DNA of 56,577 nt from an uncultured bacterium (GCA_938014945.1 CALLQH010000080.1:1-56577), one strand, 5' to 3'. Counted from the stretch's first letter, positions 27,082 to 36,553 are shown. Made by a program: numbers and translations. The notes: generated by a model from the sequence alone, not told the origin.

Positions 27082-27864
27082 ATGTCCGACTTGGTGGAAC
27101 GCGTCGATGACGGCGCCGTACGTGTCCTGCGCCTCAATCGCCCCGATGCGCGCAATGCGCTGAACATGGCCCTGATCAAGGCCGTGCGCGCCGAACTGGA
27201 GGCCGCCGCCCGTGATCATGTGCGCAGCCTGGTCATCACCGGCAACGGCAAGGGCTTCTGCGCGGGCGCCGACGTCAAGGAATGGTCGGAGCTGCAAAAG
27301 ACCGGCGTGCCCGAGGGCTACGACTGGGTCGGCGAAATGCACAACCTGATCCTGGACCTGCACGCCCTGGAGATGCCGGTGGTCGCCATGATCAACGGCG
27401 CCGCCGTGGGCGCGGGTCTCGACATGGCGCTGACCTGCGACTTCCGCTTTGCCGCAGCCGAGGCGAAGTTCCGCTGCGCCTACACCTGGGTCGGCTTCAA
27501 CCCCGATGCCGGCGGCACCTGGCTGATGCCGCGCCTGATGGGTCTGGAGGCCGCCAAGCGCTTTGCCTTCACCGGCGATATCTGGTCGGCCGAAAAGGCC
27601 CAGGCCAACGGCCTGGTCACCGAGATCCACGCCGCCGACGAACTGGAAGCCGCGACCATGGCCTTTGCCCGTGAACTGGGCGAAGGCCCCAGCGTCGCCA
27701 TCCGCCAGACCAAGCGGCTGATGGAGGACGCGGCGAAGCGATCGCTGGCCGAGCAGCTGAAGTGGGAGCAGGAGGCGGGCAAGATCTGCGGCGCAACCGA
27801 GGATCACAAGGAAGCGCTCGCCGCCGCCGTCGAGAAGCGCAATCCGGTCTTCAAGGGCCGCTAG
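27082..27864 (+). CDS. Enoyl-CoA hydratase/isomerase family
   Basis: Motifs LNRPDARNALN, ITGNGKGFCAGADVKEW and INGAAVGAGLDMALTCD. The true ATG is at 27082, inside the longer ORF 26557..27864. Confidence 0.9.
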   Translation: MSDLVERVDDGAVRVLRLNRPDARNALNMALIKAVRAELEAAARDHVRSLVITGNGKGFCAGADVKEWSELQKTGVPEGYDWVGEMHNLILDLHALEMPVVAMINGAAVGAGLDMALTCDFRFAAAEAKFRCAYTWVGFNPDAGGTWLMPRLMGLEAAKRFAFTGDIWSAEKAQANGLVTEIHAADELEAATMAFARELGEGPSVAIRQTKRLMEDAAKRSLAEQLKWEQEAGKICGATEDHKEALAAAVEKRNPVFKGR

Positions 27865-27874
27865 GAGTACCTTC

Positions 27875-29041
27875 ATGGCTTACGACTTCGGCTTTACCGA
27901 AGAACAGGTGATGGTGCGCGACAGCCTGCGCGCCTTCATGGGCGAGGAAGTCCTGCCCCACGAGGACGTGGTCTATGCCAAGGGCGACGTGCCCGAGGAG
28001 ATCGAAAAGGCGATCCGCGCGAAGTCCCTGGAGATGGGTTTCTGGAACGCCCACTTCCCCGAGGAGCTTGGCGGCGGCGGCATCGACAACGTCACCGCCA
28101 GCCTCATGTCCTATGAGCTGGGCGTGACGACCTGGGGCCTCATCTCCTGCGTCCAGGGCGGCAGCCTGATCCTGTGCGCCTGCGAGGGCGAGCAGCGCGA
28201 GAAGTACCTTTGTCCGGTGATCCGCGGCGAGAAGCTCGACTGCTTCGCGCTCACCGAGCCGGGCGCAGGTTCCGACGCCATGGGCATCAAGACGCGCGCC
28301 AGGAAGGAAGGCGGCGACTGGGTGCTCAACGGCCGCAAGCATTTCATCAGCAACGCCGACCGCGCCGATTTTGCGATCGTCTTTGCGGTCACGGGCGAAG
28401 ACGAGACGCCGCGCGGCAAGCGCAGCCTCATCACCGCCTTCCTGATCGACAAAGGCACGAAGGGCATGGAGATCAGCCTGGGCAGCAAACCGATCGGCAA
28501 CCCGGGCCACAACGTCAACGACATCTTCTTCGACGATTGCCGCGTGCCGGAAAGCCAGATCCTTGGCGAGGAAGGCAAGGGCTTCGAGGTCGCCGGCGAA
28601 TGGCTGGTGCCCGGCCGCGTGATGGTTGCCGCCAACTGCTGCGGCAAGGCGCGCCGGGCGATCGACATGTCGCTGGAGTGGGCCGCGACCCGCAAGCAGT
28701 TCGGCCAGGAGATCGGCCGCTTCCAGGGCGTCTCCTTCAAGCTGGCCGACATGGAAACCGAACTCGCCGCCGCCGAATGGCTGACCTTCAATGCGGCATG
28801 GCGCCTGGACCAGGGCAACCTCTCGGACGCCGACGCCGCCATGGCCAAGCTCTATGCCAGCGAGATGCTGGGACGCACGACCGACGAGGCGGTGCAGATC
28901 CACGGCGGCATGGGCATGATGAGCGACTTCCCCGTGGGGCGCCTGTGGCGCGATGCGCGCATCGAGCGCATCTGGGAGGGCACCAGCGAGGTGCAGCGCC
29001 ACATCATCAGCCGTTCCATCCTGCGCCCGCTGGAGGCCTGA
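27875..29041 (+). CDS. Acyl-CoA dehydrogenase
   Basis: Motifs FALTEPGAGSDA, QIHGGMGMMSDFP and ERIWEGTSEVQRHIISR. Confidence 0.9.
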   Translation: MAYDFGFTEEQVMVRDSLRAFMGEEVLPHEDVVYAKGDVPEEIEKAIRAKSLEMGFWNAHFPEELGGGGIDNVTASLMSYELGVTTWGLISCVQGGSLILCACEGEQREKYLCPVIRGEKLDCFALTEPGAGSDAMGIKTRARKEGGDWVLNGRKHFISNADRADFAIVFAVTGEDETPRGKRSLITAFLIDKGTKGMEISLGSKPIGNPGHNVNDIFFDDCRVPESQILGEEGKGFEVAGEWLVPGRVMVAANCCGKARRAIDMSLEWAATRKQFGQEIGRFQGVSFKLADMETELAAAEWLTFNAAWRLDQGNLSDADAAMAKLYASEMLGRTTDEAVQIHGGMGMMSDFPVGRLWRDARIERIWEGTSEVQRHIISRSILRPLEA

Positions 29042-29042
29042 C

Positions 29043-30209
29043 ATGCTCGATTTCACGCCGACCGACGAGCAGACCATGCTGATCGATTCCGTGCGCGCCT
29101 TCATCGAGAAGGAGCTGCGACCGCACGAGGACGAGATCGAACGGCTGGGCTACGTGCCCGAAGACATCGAGAACACGATTCGTCGCAAGGCGATCGAAGC
29201 CGGGATCTATCTTCGGCACCTGCCCGAGGAATGGGGCGGGCTGGGGCTCGACCATGTGACACAGACCCTGCTCACGATCGAGTTCTCGCAGGTCAGCTCG
29301 GGCCTTGCCGTCTGCACCAGCGGCCCGACCTACATCCTCACCAAGTGCAGGGGCGAGCAGGTCGACCGCTACCTCAATCCGGCGCTCCGCGGCGAGCGTG
29401 CGGAGGCCTTCGCCCTGACCGAGCCCAACGCGGGCTCGGACGCGCGCAACATCTCGACGCGCGCGGTGAAGGACGGCAATGACTGGGTGATCAACGGCCG
29501 CAAGCACTTCATCAGCGAGGGCGACCTCGCCGACTTCTTCATCGTCATGTGCGTGACGGGCGAGGACGAGACCCCGCGCGGCAAGGTCAAGCGCATCACG
29601 AGTTTCCTGGTCGACAAGGGCACGCCCGGCTTCGATGTCCGGAAGATGGAGGCCGTGTGCACCCGCGGCTACAACCCCACCGATCTCACCTTCGACAACG
29701 TGCGTGTCGGGGAGGACCAGATCCTGGGCGAAGAGGGTCAGGGTTTCGATCTCGCCAACGAGTGGCTCTACGCCGGGCGCATCGCCATGGCCGCACACTG
29801 TGTCGGCCAGGCTCGCCGTGCACTTGCGCTGGCCAACGAGTGGGCGGCGAACCGCAAGGCCTTCGGCCAGACGATCAGCCGCTTCCAGGGAGTGAGCTTC
29901 AAGATCGCCGATATGGCGACCGAGCTGCGCGCGGCCGAACTCATGACGCTGAACGCCGCCTGGAAGCTCGACCAGGGCACCTGCACGCGGATGGACACCT
30001 CCATCTGCAAGCTCTTCGCGAGCGAGATGCTGGGTCGAGTTACCGACCATACGGTGCAGATCTTCGGCGGAATGGGGTTGATGATGGAGCTACCCGTCCA
30101 GCGCTACTGGCGTGACGCCCGGGTGCATCGCATCTGGGAGGGCACCAGCGAGATCCAGCGCCACATCATCAGCCGCGACCTGCTGCGCCCCTACGAGCAG
30201 CGGGGCTGA
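29043..30209 (+). CDS. Acyl-CoA dehydrogenase (tandem paralogue)
   Basis: Start MLDFTPTDEQ lies 1 nt after the upstream stop. Motifs FALTEPNAGSDA, QIFGGMGLMMELP and HRIWEGTSEIQRHIISR. Confidence 0.9.
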   Translation: MLDFTPTDEQTMLIDSVRAFIEKELRPHEDEIERLGYVPEDIENTIRRKAIEAGIYLRHLPEEWGGLGLDHVTQTLLTIEFSQVSSGLAVCTSGPTYILTKCRGEQVDRYLNPALRGERAEAFALTEPNAGSDARNISTRAVKDGNDWVINGRKHFISEGDLADFFIVMCVTGEDETPRGKVKRITSFLVDKGTPGFDVRKMEAVCTRGYNPTDLTFDNVRVGEDQILGEEGQGFDLANEWLYAGRIAMAAHCVGQARRALALANEWAANRKAFGQTISRFQGVSFKIADMATELRAAELMTLNAAWKLDQGTCTRMDTSICKLFASEMLGRVTDHTVQIFGGMGLMMELPVQRYWRDARVHRIWEGTSEIQRHIISRDLLRPYEQRG

Positions 30210-30234
30210 GTTGGCAAACCGTTTCCCCTTGGCC

Positions 30235-30274
30235 TGTCACCCTCCGGCTTGACCGGAGGGTCCATGCTGTGACC
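30235..30274 (+). repeat. 40-nt hairpin repeat (REP-like), copy 3
   Basis: Sequence is tgtcaccctccggcttgaccggagggtccatgctgtgacc. It has the same flanks and loop as 745..784, with the stem switched to ccctccgg/ccggaggg. Confidence 0.85.
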
Positions 30275-30296
30275 CTTCAACGCGCGCCAGCGGCAA

Positions 30297-30336
30297 GGTC
30301 ACAGCATGGATGGTCCGGTCAAGCCGGACCATGACA
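30297..30336 (-). repeat. 40-nt hairpin repeat (REP-like), copy 4, inverted relative to copy 3
   Basis: Sequence is ggtcacagcatggatggtccggtcaagccggaccatgaca. In the + frame it reads MDGPVKPDHD and creates a false N-terminal extension of ORF 30306..31202. Confidence 0.85.
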
Positions 30337-30356
30337 TCGAAATTCGGGTAAGTGCG

Positions 30357-31202
30357 ATGTTCGAAAGCGGCCTGCTGAAGGGCAAGAAGTTCCTGGTCAC
30401 CGGCGGCGGCACGGGGCTGGGCAAGGCGATGGCGTCGCGCTTTTCCGAGCTGGGCGCCGAGATTGTCATCTGCGGTCGGCGCCTGGAGGTGCTGGAGGAG
30501 ACGGCCGGAGAGATCGCCGCCGCAACCGGCGGTACGGTCGGTGTGCGCCAGATCGACATCCGCGACGCCGAGGGCGTCGATACCATGATCGAGTCCATCT
30601 GGGCCGAGGGGCCGCTCGACGGACTCGTCAACAATGCCGCGGGAAACTTCATCTCCAGGACCGAGGAACTCTCCCACCGCGCCGTCGACGCCGTGCTCAA
30701 CATCGTGCTGCACGGCACATCCTATGTGACGCTGGCCTGCGGCAAGCGCTGGCTCGCCGAAGAGCGCAAGGCAACCGTTCTTTCGATCATCACCACCTAC
30801 GCCTGGACCGGCTCGGCCTATGTCGTGCCCTCGGCGATGGCGAAGGCCGGCGTTCTGGCGCTGACGCGCAGCCTGGCGGTCGAGTGGGGCGGCAGGGGCA
30901 TCCGGCTCAACGCCATCGCGCCCGGCCCCTTCCCCACACCCGGCGCCTGGGACCGGCTGATGCCGAAATCCGGCGAACTCGCCGATGACGGCATGGGGGC
31001 CGCCAGCGTGCCGCTGGGGCGCGTCGGCGAGCACAGCGAGCTTGCCAACCTGGCGAGCTTCCTGATGTGCGACGGCTCTGCTTATATCAACGGCGAGGTC
31101 GTCACCATCGACGGCGGCGAGTGGCTGCAGGGCGCCGGCCAGTTCAACTTCCTGCGCAAGATGTCGGACGCCGACTGGGCGGCCATGAAACCCAAGAAGT
31201 AG
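30357..31202 (+). CDS. SDR-family oxidoreductase (2,4-dienoyl-CoA reductase-like)
   Basis: Motifs KFLVTGGGTGLGKAMA, NNAAGNF and PSAMAKAGVLALTRSLA. Start ATG 30357 is chosen downstream of the repeat. Confidence 0.8.
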   Translation: MFESGLLKGKKFLVTGGGTGLGKAMASRFSELGAEIVICGRRLEVLEETAGEIAAATGGTVGVRQIDIRDAEGVDTMIESIWAEGPLDGLVNNAAGNFISRTEELSHRAVDAVLNIVLHGTSYVTLACGKRWLAEERKATVLSIITTYAWTGSAYVVPSAMAKAGVLALTRSLAVEWGGRGIRLNAIAPGPFPTPGAWDRLMPKSGELADDGMGAASVPLGRVGEHSELANLASFLMCDGSAYINGEVVTIDGGEWLQGAGQFNFLRKMSDADWAAMKPKK

Positions 31203-31234
31203 GGCATACGCCCCTCACCTTTCGGATCATCACC

Positions 31235-33322
31235 ATGCTGAACGAACGTCGCCGCGAAAACCTCAAGCGCGCCCTCAATCCCCGCACCGTCTGTTACGTC
31301 GGCGGCGCCTTCCTGGAAAACACGATCCAGTACAACCGCCGCCTGGGCTTCGACGGCGAGGTCTGGGTCGTGAACCCCAAGTACGAAAGCATCGGCGGGG
31401 CCAGGTGCTACCCCACGGTCGACGACCTGCCGGGCGCTCCCGACGCCACCTTCATCGCGGTCAACCGCGAGATGACCAACCAGGTGGTGAAGAGCCTGGC
31501 CGCACGCGGTGCGGGCGGCGCGATCTGTTATGCCGCGGGTTACTCCGAGGTCGGCGGCGTCGGCCCGGCACTGGAGGACGAGCTGCGGGCCAACGCCGGC
31601 GACATGGCGCTGGTCGGCCCCAACTGCTACGGCATCAACAACTTCCTGCACGGTGTGCCCCTGCTCGCCATCGCCTCCTCGGGCGAGCGGGTGGAGCGCG
31701 GCTGCGCCTTCATCGCCCAGAGCGGCAACCTGTGCATCAATGTCTCCAACAACAAGCGCAACGCCGAGCTGGCCTACGTCATCTCCTGCGGCAACCAGGC
31801 GGTGCTCGACATCGCCGACTATGTCGACGTGCTGATCGACAACCCCGCGATCACCTGCTTTGCGCTCTTCGTCGAGGCGATCCCGGACGTGCCCCATTTC
31901 AGCCGTGTCGCCCTGCGGGCGCTGAAGGCGGGCAAGCCGATCATCGCCATCAAGTCCGGCGTCTCCGAGCTCGGCAAGAAGATGGCGCTCTCCCACACCG
32001 CCTCGCTGGCGGGCGACGACTCCCTCTACCAGGCGCTGTTTGATCGGCTCGGCATCATCCGCGTCTCGACCCCGGTGGAACTGCTGGAGACCGCGAAGTA
32101 CATCACGGTCACCGGGGTGCCCAAGGGCCGGCGCCTGGCCGTGTTCACCTGCTCGGGCGGCGACTCCGAGACGGTGGCCGATCTTGGCGATCCCCTGGGC
32201 GTCATCCTGCCCCAGCCCAACCCGCAGCAGTTCAAGGAACTGCGCGCGGTGATGCCGGAGTTCGCCAATGTCACCAACCCCTTCGACTACAACACCAACT
32301 TCTGGGGCAATTACGAGGTCCTGGTGAAGCTCTTCCATGTCCTGCTGCGCGAGGGCGTGGATGCCGGCCTGCTGATCGTGGACTCGCCCGCCGAGACGAA
32401 CAACGAGCACAAGAGCGAGACCGACGCCGTGGTCCAGGCGACCCGCGATGCCGGACGCAAGGCCGGCGTGCCGGTCGCCTATTGCTCGGTCATGCCGGAG
32501 GCCTCCAACTCGGCCATGCGCAAGTGGAGCCATGAGGACGGCATCGCCTCGCTCCAGGGCATTCGCGAAGGCGTCGGCGCGGTGGCGCGCACGGCCGCCT
32601 TCGGCGAGCGCCGCCAGCAGCTTCTGGCCCGCGCCGAACTCGACAGCCACGCCCTGCCCGACATCCACCCGCTTTCGGGCGAACCCCGCGCGCTCGACGA
32701 GTGGCAGGGCAAGCAGGACCTGGCGGCCTATGGCCTCTCCGTACCCTCCGGGCGCACCGCGACCATCGCGGGCGCGGCCGAAGCCGCGCAGGCGGTGGGT
32801 TTCCCGGTGGCGGTCAAGCTGCTGTCGGACACGATCCTGCACAAGACGGACGTCGGCGGCGTGGCGCTCAACCTGACGAGCCCGGAACTGGTCGCCGCCG
32901 CGGCGTGCGACATGGCCGACCGTCTGGGTGTCACCCAGGTGCTGGTGGAGCCCATGGCGCCCAAGCCGGTCGCCGAGATGATCATCGGCATCACCCGTTC
33001 GGAGGAGTTCGGTCCCGTACTGGTGGTCGGCGCCGGCGGCGTGCTGGTGGAACTCTACAAGGATGCCGCCTCCCTGCTGCTGCCCGCGCACGAGGACGAC
33101 ATCCGCGCCGCCATCGACGGCCTGAAGATCGCCAGGCTGCTCGACGGCTTCCGCGGCGGCCCCAAGGGCGACCGCGAGGCCCTGGTGCAGGCGGTCAAGG
33201 CGGTCGCGGCCTATGCGGAGGCCAACCGCGATACCCTGGCCGAACTCGACGTCAATCCGCTGTTCGTCCTGCCCGAGGGGCAGGGGGCCGTCGCCGTCGA
33301 CGCCCTGATCCGCAAGGTCTGA
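31235..33322 (+). CDS. ADP/NDP-forming acyl-CoA synthetase (acetate--CoA ligase family), paralogue 2
   Basis: MLNERRRENLKRALNPRTVCYVGG is collinear with the 11548 protein. Motifs ALSHTASLAGD and GFPVAVKLLSDTILHKTDVGGV. Confidence 0.85.
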   Translation: MLNERRRENLKRALNPRTVCYVGGAFLENTIQYNRRLGFDGEVWVVNPKYESIGGARCYPTVDDLPGAPDATFIAVNREMTNQVVKSLAARGAGGAICYAAGYSEVGGVGPALEDELRANAGDMALVGPNCYGINNFLHGVPLLAIASSGERVERGCAFIAQSGNLCINVSNNKRNAELAYVISCGNQAVLDIADYVDVLIDNPAITCFALFVEAIPDVPHFSRVALRALKAGKPIIAIKSGVSELGKKMALSHTASLAGDDSLYQALFDRLGIIRVSTPVELLETAKYITVTGVPKGRRLAVFTCSGGDSETVADLGDPLGVILPQPNPQQFKELRAVMPEFANVTNPFDYNTNFWGNYEVLVKLFHVLLREGVDAGLLIVDSPAETNNEHKSETDAVVQATRDAGRKAGVPVAYCSVMPEASNSAMRKWSHEDGIASLQGIREGVGAVARTAAFGERRQQLLARAELDSHALPDIHPLSGEPRALDEWQGKQDLAAYGLSVPSGRTATIAGAAEAAQAVGFPVAVKLLSDTILHKTDVGGVALNLTSPELVAAAACDMADRLGVTQVLVEPMAPKPVAEMIIGITRSEEFGPVLVVGAGGVLVELYKDAASLLLPAHEDDIRAAIDGLKIARLLDGFRGGPKGDREALVQAVKAVAAYAEANRDTLAELDVNPLFVLPEGQGAVAVDALIRKV

Positions 33323-33333
33323 AGGAGAGAGAG

Positions 33334-34146
33334 ATGAGCAACGAGGTCGTTCACACCGTCCGCCGCGGCAAGGTTCTCGAGATCACCATCGACAACCCGC
33401 CGGCCAACGCCATCGGCCGCAAGGTGACCCAGGGCCTTTCCAGGGCCTTCACCACCCTGCGCGACGATCCCGATCTGCTGGTCGGCATCGTCACCGGCTC
33501 AGGGAGCAAGTTCTTCTCGCCGGGCTGGGACCTGAAGGAGGGTGCCGCCGAGATCGACGCCAAGGAAAGCGGCAGCAGCGACGACATCAGCTACAGCAAC
33601 GAGGGCGGCTTTGCCGGCATCACCGAGCTGTGGAACCTCTACAAGCCGGTGATCGCGGCGATCAACGGCTATGCCGTGGGCGGCGGCTGGGAGATCGCAC
33701 TGTCCTGCGACATCCAGTACGCCGTGCCGCACGCCACCTTCTTCGTGCCCGACGTGCACCGCGGATTCGTCGCCGATGCCGGTGCGATCCAGATCCTGCC
33801 GCGCCGCCTGCCCCACTCCATTGCGATGGACGTGCTGCTGTCGGGCCGCCGGGTAAACGCCGAGGAGGCGCTGAAGTGGGGTCTCATCAACGAGATCGTC
33901 GAGCCCGAAAAGCTGATGGAACGCGCCCGTGAGATGGCCGACCACCTGGCCAAGGGTGGCCCGCTTGCCCTGCAGGCGACCAAGGCGGCGGTGCGCCATA
34001 CCATGCACCTTTCCATCCCGGACTGCTTTGCCGCCCTGCGCGACGGCAGCCTGCCGATCTACCAGGCGATGCTCGATTCCGAGGACGCCAAGGAAGGCCC
34101 GCGCGCCTTCGCCGAAAAGCGCGAGCCGGTGTTCAAGGGCCGCTGA
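33334..34146 (+). CDS. Enoyl-CoA hydratase family (carnitinyl-CoA dehydratase CaiD-like)
   Basis: Motifs ITIDNPPANAIG, VTGSGSKFFSPGWDLKE and INGYAVGGGWEIALSCD. GAAGGAGAGAGAG lies before the ATG. Confidence 0.85.
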   Translation: MSNEVVHTVRRGKVLEITIDNPPANAIGRKVTQGLSRAFTTLRDDPDLLVGIVTGSGSKFFSPGWDLKEGAAEIDAKESGSSDDISYSNEGGFAGITELWNLYKPVIAAINGYAVGGGWEIALSCDIQYAVPHATFFVPDVHRGFVADAGAIQILPRRLPHSIAMDVLLSGRRVNAEEALKWGLINEIVEPEKLMERAREMADHLAKGGPLALQATKAAVRHTMHLSIPDCFAALRDGSLPIYQAMLDSEDAKEGPRAFAEKREPVFKGR

Positions 34147-34178
34147 GGCCGGCAGACACGCAACAAGGAGCTGACACC

Positions 34179-34820
34179 ATGACCGACGAGATCGTTCTCT
34201 ACAGCCATCCCATGTCGCGCGGGCGCGTGGCGCGCTGGATGCTGGAGGAGGTCGGCCAGCCCTATCGTGTCGAGCTGGTGGGCTACGGCCCGGCGATGAA
34301 GTCGGAGAGCTACCGGGCGATCAACCCCATGGGCAAGGTCCCCGCCCTGGTCCACCAGGGCAATGTCGTCACCGAGACGGCGGCGATCTGCGCCTATCTG
34401 GCGGACGCCTTTCCCGAGGCGGGTCTTGCCCCGGCTTCGGGCTCGCCGGGGCGTGCCGCCTACTACCGCTGGCTGTTCTTCGGCGCGGGGCCGTTGGAGG
34501 CTGCAGCCAGCAACCGCGCCATGGGCTTCGAGGTGCCCGAGGACAAGCGCGCCCTGATGGGCTACGGCAGCTACCACGACGTGCTGGCAACGCTGGAATC
34601 CGTGCTGGAGGGCCGCGCGTTTATCGCCGGTGAAGCCTTCAGCGCCGCCGATGTCTATCTGGGTTCCCAGCTCGGCTTCGGCATGATGTTCGGCACCGTC
34701 GAGAAACGCCCGGCCTTCGAGAAATACTGGCTGGGCCTTGCCGCACGCCCGGCCTATCAGCGCGCCGCCGCCACCGACGACGAACTGATCGCCGAGATCC
34801 AGGCCAAGGCCGGCGGCTGA
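34179..34820 (+). CDS. Glutathione S-transferase
   Basis: Motifs LYSHPMSRGRVARWMLEE and NPMGKVPALVHQGNVVTETAAICAYL. Confidence 0.85.
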   Translation: MTDEIVLYSHPMSRGRVARWMLEEVGQPYRVELVGYGPAMKSESYRAINPMGKVPALVHQGNVVTETAAICAYLADAFPEAGLAPASGSPGRAAYYRWLFFGAGPLEAAASNRAMGFEVPEDKRALMGYGSYHDVLATLESVLEGRAFIAGEAFSAADVYLGSQLGFGMMFGTVEKRPAFEKYWLGLAARPAYQRAAATDDELIAEIQAKAGG

Positions 34821-34832
34821 GCGTCCCGCCGC

Positions 34833-35573
34833 TCAGGGACGGCGGATCAGGATCTGGCCGTTGCGGATGTGGACGAAATCGACCGGGTTCACCTGCAGAT
34901 AGGCAAGCACGGCATCGCGCACGCTGGTGCGTCCCTGTTCGTCCTTCCAGCCCCAGTCGTCGCCGCAGATGAAACCGCCGGATTTGACCTTGCGGTGGGC
35001 GAGCACGAAATCCTGCAAGACGACCTCGAAGGAATGGTCGCCGTCGATGAAGCAGACATCGAGGGAGCCATCGGGCAGGGCCTGCAGGCCGTCGACCGAC
35101 AGTGCGCGCTGGATGTGCACCTCGGGCCGGTTGGCAAAGCGCTTCACCACCGAGGTATGCAACCGGTCCATGCCCGCCTGGTCCTTGACCGACAGGCCGC
35201 CGTACATGCGCTTGGGGAACTGCGGCTGGAACAGCCACGGGTCGATCAGGTGAAGCGCGCTGGGCTCCAGCTTTTCCAGAAGCACCGCGGCGAAGTCGCC
35301 GCGCCAGACGCCGATCTCGGCAACCGCACCGCCTTTCACCAGATAGTCGAGCAGGCGCACGCGATAGGGCTTGGGCCCGCTGGGACGCGCGGCGGTACGG
35401 GTTGCCGCGCGCTTGGGCGCCACCTTGAGAACCTTGCCGGCGCCCTTGGCCGCCGCTGGCGCGGCCGCCTTCTTCTGTGGAGGCTTTCCCGATGCCTTGG
35501 CCGCCTTGACGATTGGCGACTTCTTCGCGGGCGCTTTCTTTGCCGCAGCTTTCTTGCCGGAATCCTTGGCCAT
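34833..35573 (-). CDS. Class I SAM-dependent methyltransferase (Methyltransf_24-like) with K/A/P-rich histone-H1-like N-terminal tail
   Basis: The first ~70 aa are MAKDSGKKAAAKKAPAKKSPIVKAAKASGKPPQKKAAAPAAAKGAGK.... The core carries AVAEIGVWRGDF and CFIDGDHSFEVV. Confidence 0.75.
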   Translation of the reverse strand: MAKDSGKKAAAKKAPAKKSPIVKAAKASGKPPQKKAAAPAAAKGAGKVLKVAPKRAATRTAARPSGPKPYRVRLLDYLVKGGAVAEIGVWRGDFAAVLLEKLEPSALHLIDPWLFQPQFPKRMYGGLSVKDQAGMDRLHTSVVKRFANRPEVHIQRALSVDGLQALPDGSLDVCFIDGDHSFEVVLQDFVLAHRKVKSGGFICGDDWGWKDEQGRTSVRDAVLAYLQVNPVDFVHIRNGQILIRRP

Positions 35574-35578
35574 GACCG

Positions 35579-36361
35579 TCAGCCTGCGCCCCGCACGAAG
35601 GTCTCGCGCCCGCCACTGACATTGAGCACGGTGCCGCTGACATAAGAGGCCTCGGGCGAGGCCATCCAGACGACGGCATTGGCGATGTCCTCGACCTCGC
35701 CGATGCGCCCCAGCGGCACGGCCCGCTTGCCCATCTCCACGACGGCGTCCTGGCCCATGCCGGTGTCGCTGTCCCACATTTCGGTGCGGATGAGGCCCGG
35801 GCGTATGCCGACGACGCGGATGCCTTCCGGCGCGATCTCCTTGGCAAGGCCGATGGTGAAGCTGTCGAGCCCGCCCTTGGTGCCGGCGTAGATGACATCG
35901 CCCGGCAGGCCGCCGTAGAGGCCCGAGATCGAGGAGATGTTCACGATGACGCCGCCCTTGCCGCCGCGCCTGGTCGACATGCGGCGGATCGCCTGCTGGC
36001 AGGTCATGGCTGGGCCCAGCAGGTTGGTCTCGATGATGCGGCGCATCACCTCGGGGTCCTGATCGCCAATCGGCGTTTCGATGGAGATCGCGGCGTTGTT
36101 GACCAGAACGTCGACCGGGCCAAGCTGGCTGTCGGTTTCGGCAAACAGCCGCTCGACATCGCCGGGCCTGGCGACATCGGCCTGCACCGCAATTGCGCGC
36201 GCGCCATGGCTGCGCACCTCCTGTGCGACCGCCTCGGCGCGGTCGGCCGCAGCGGTGTAGTTGACGCAGACGTCGTAGCCCTGGCGACCGGCAAGGCGCG
36301 CGATACCCGCCCCGATTCCGCGGCTGCCGCCGGTTACGATCATGATTCCCTTGCTCGCCAT
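35579..36361 (-). CDS. SDR-family oxidoreductase
   Basis: Motifs MIVTGGSRGIGAGIA, NNAAISI and YAGTKGGLDSFT. Confidence 0.9.
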   Translation of the reverse strand: MASKGIMIVTGGSRGIGAGIARLAGRQGYDVCVNYTAAADRAEAVAQEVRSHGARAIAVQADVARPGDVERLFAETDSQLGPVDVLVNNAAISIETPIGDQDPEVMRRIIETNLLGPAMTCQQAIRRMSTRRGGKGGVIVNISSISGLYGGLPGDVIYAGTKGGLDSFTIGLAKEIAPEGIRVVGIRPGLIRTEMWDSDTGMGQDAVVEMGKRAVPLGRIGEVEDIANAVVWMASPEASYVSGTVLNVSGGRETFVRGAG

Positions 36362-36553
36362 CGCGTCACGCTCCGTGTGTTCGAGATGAGAGACTCGCCA
36401 ATCGCTGGCGATCCCGCAAGGCCTCAGCGAGCAGCCAGGCGCGAAAACGTCCGATCCATGATTCCCAGCCGGTCCGGGACGACCGCATGGGCCTCTGGCC
36501 CCGGCGACCGCCCGGGGTTAAAGAAGACCGCGCACCGTCGGGGAGAACGAGAC

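Noticed and set aside
30306-30356. N-terminal extension MDGPVKPDHDIEIRVSA of the SDR ORF.
   Set aside because: These codons are the 40-nt palindromic repeat itself (copy 4). The same pseudo-peptide type arises wherever the repeat occurs. The SDR Rossmann motif follows shortly after the ATG at 30357.
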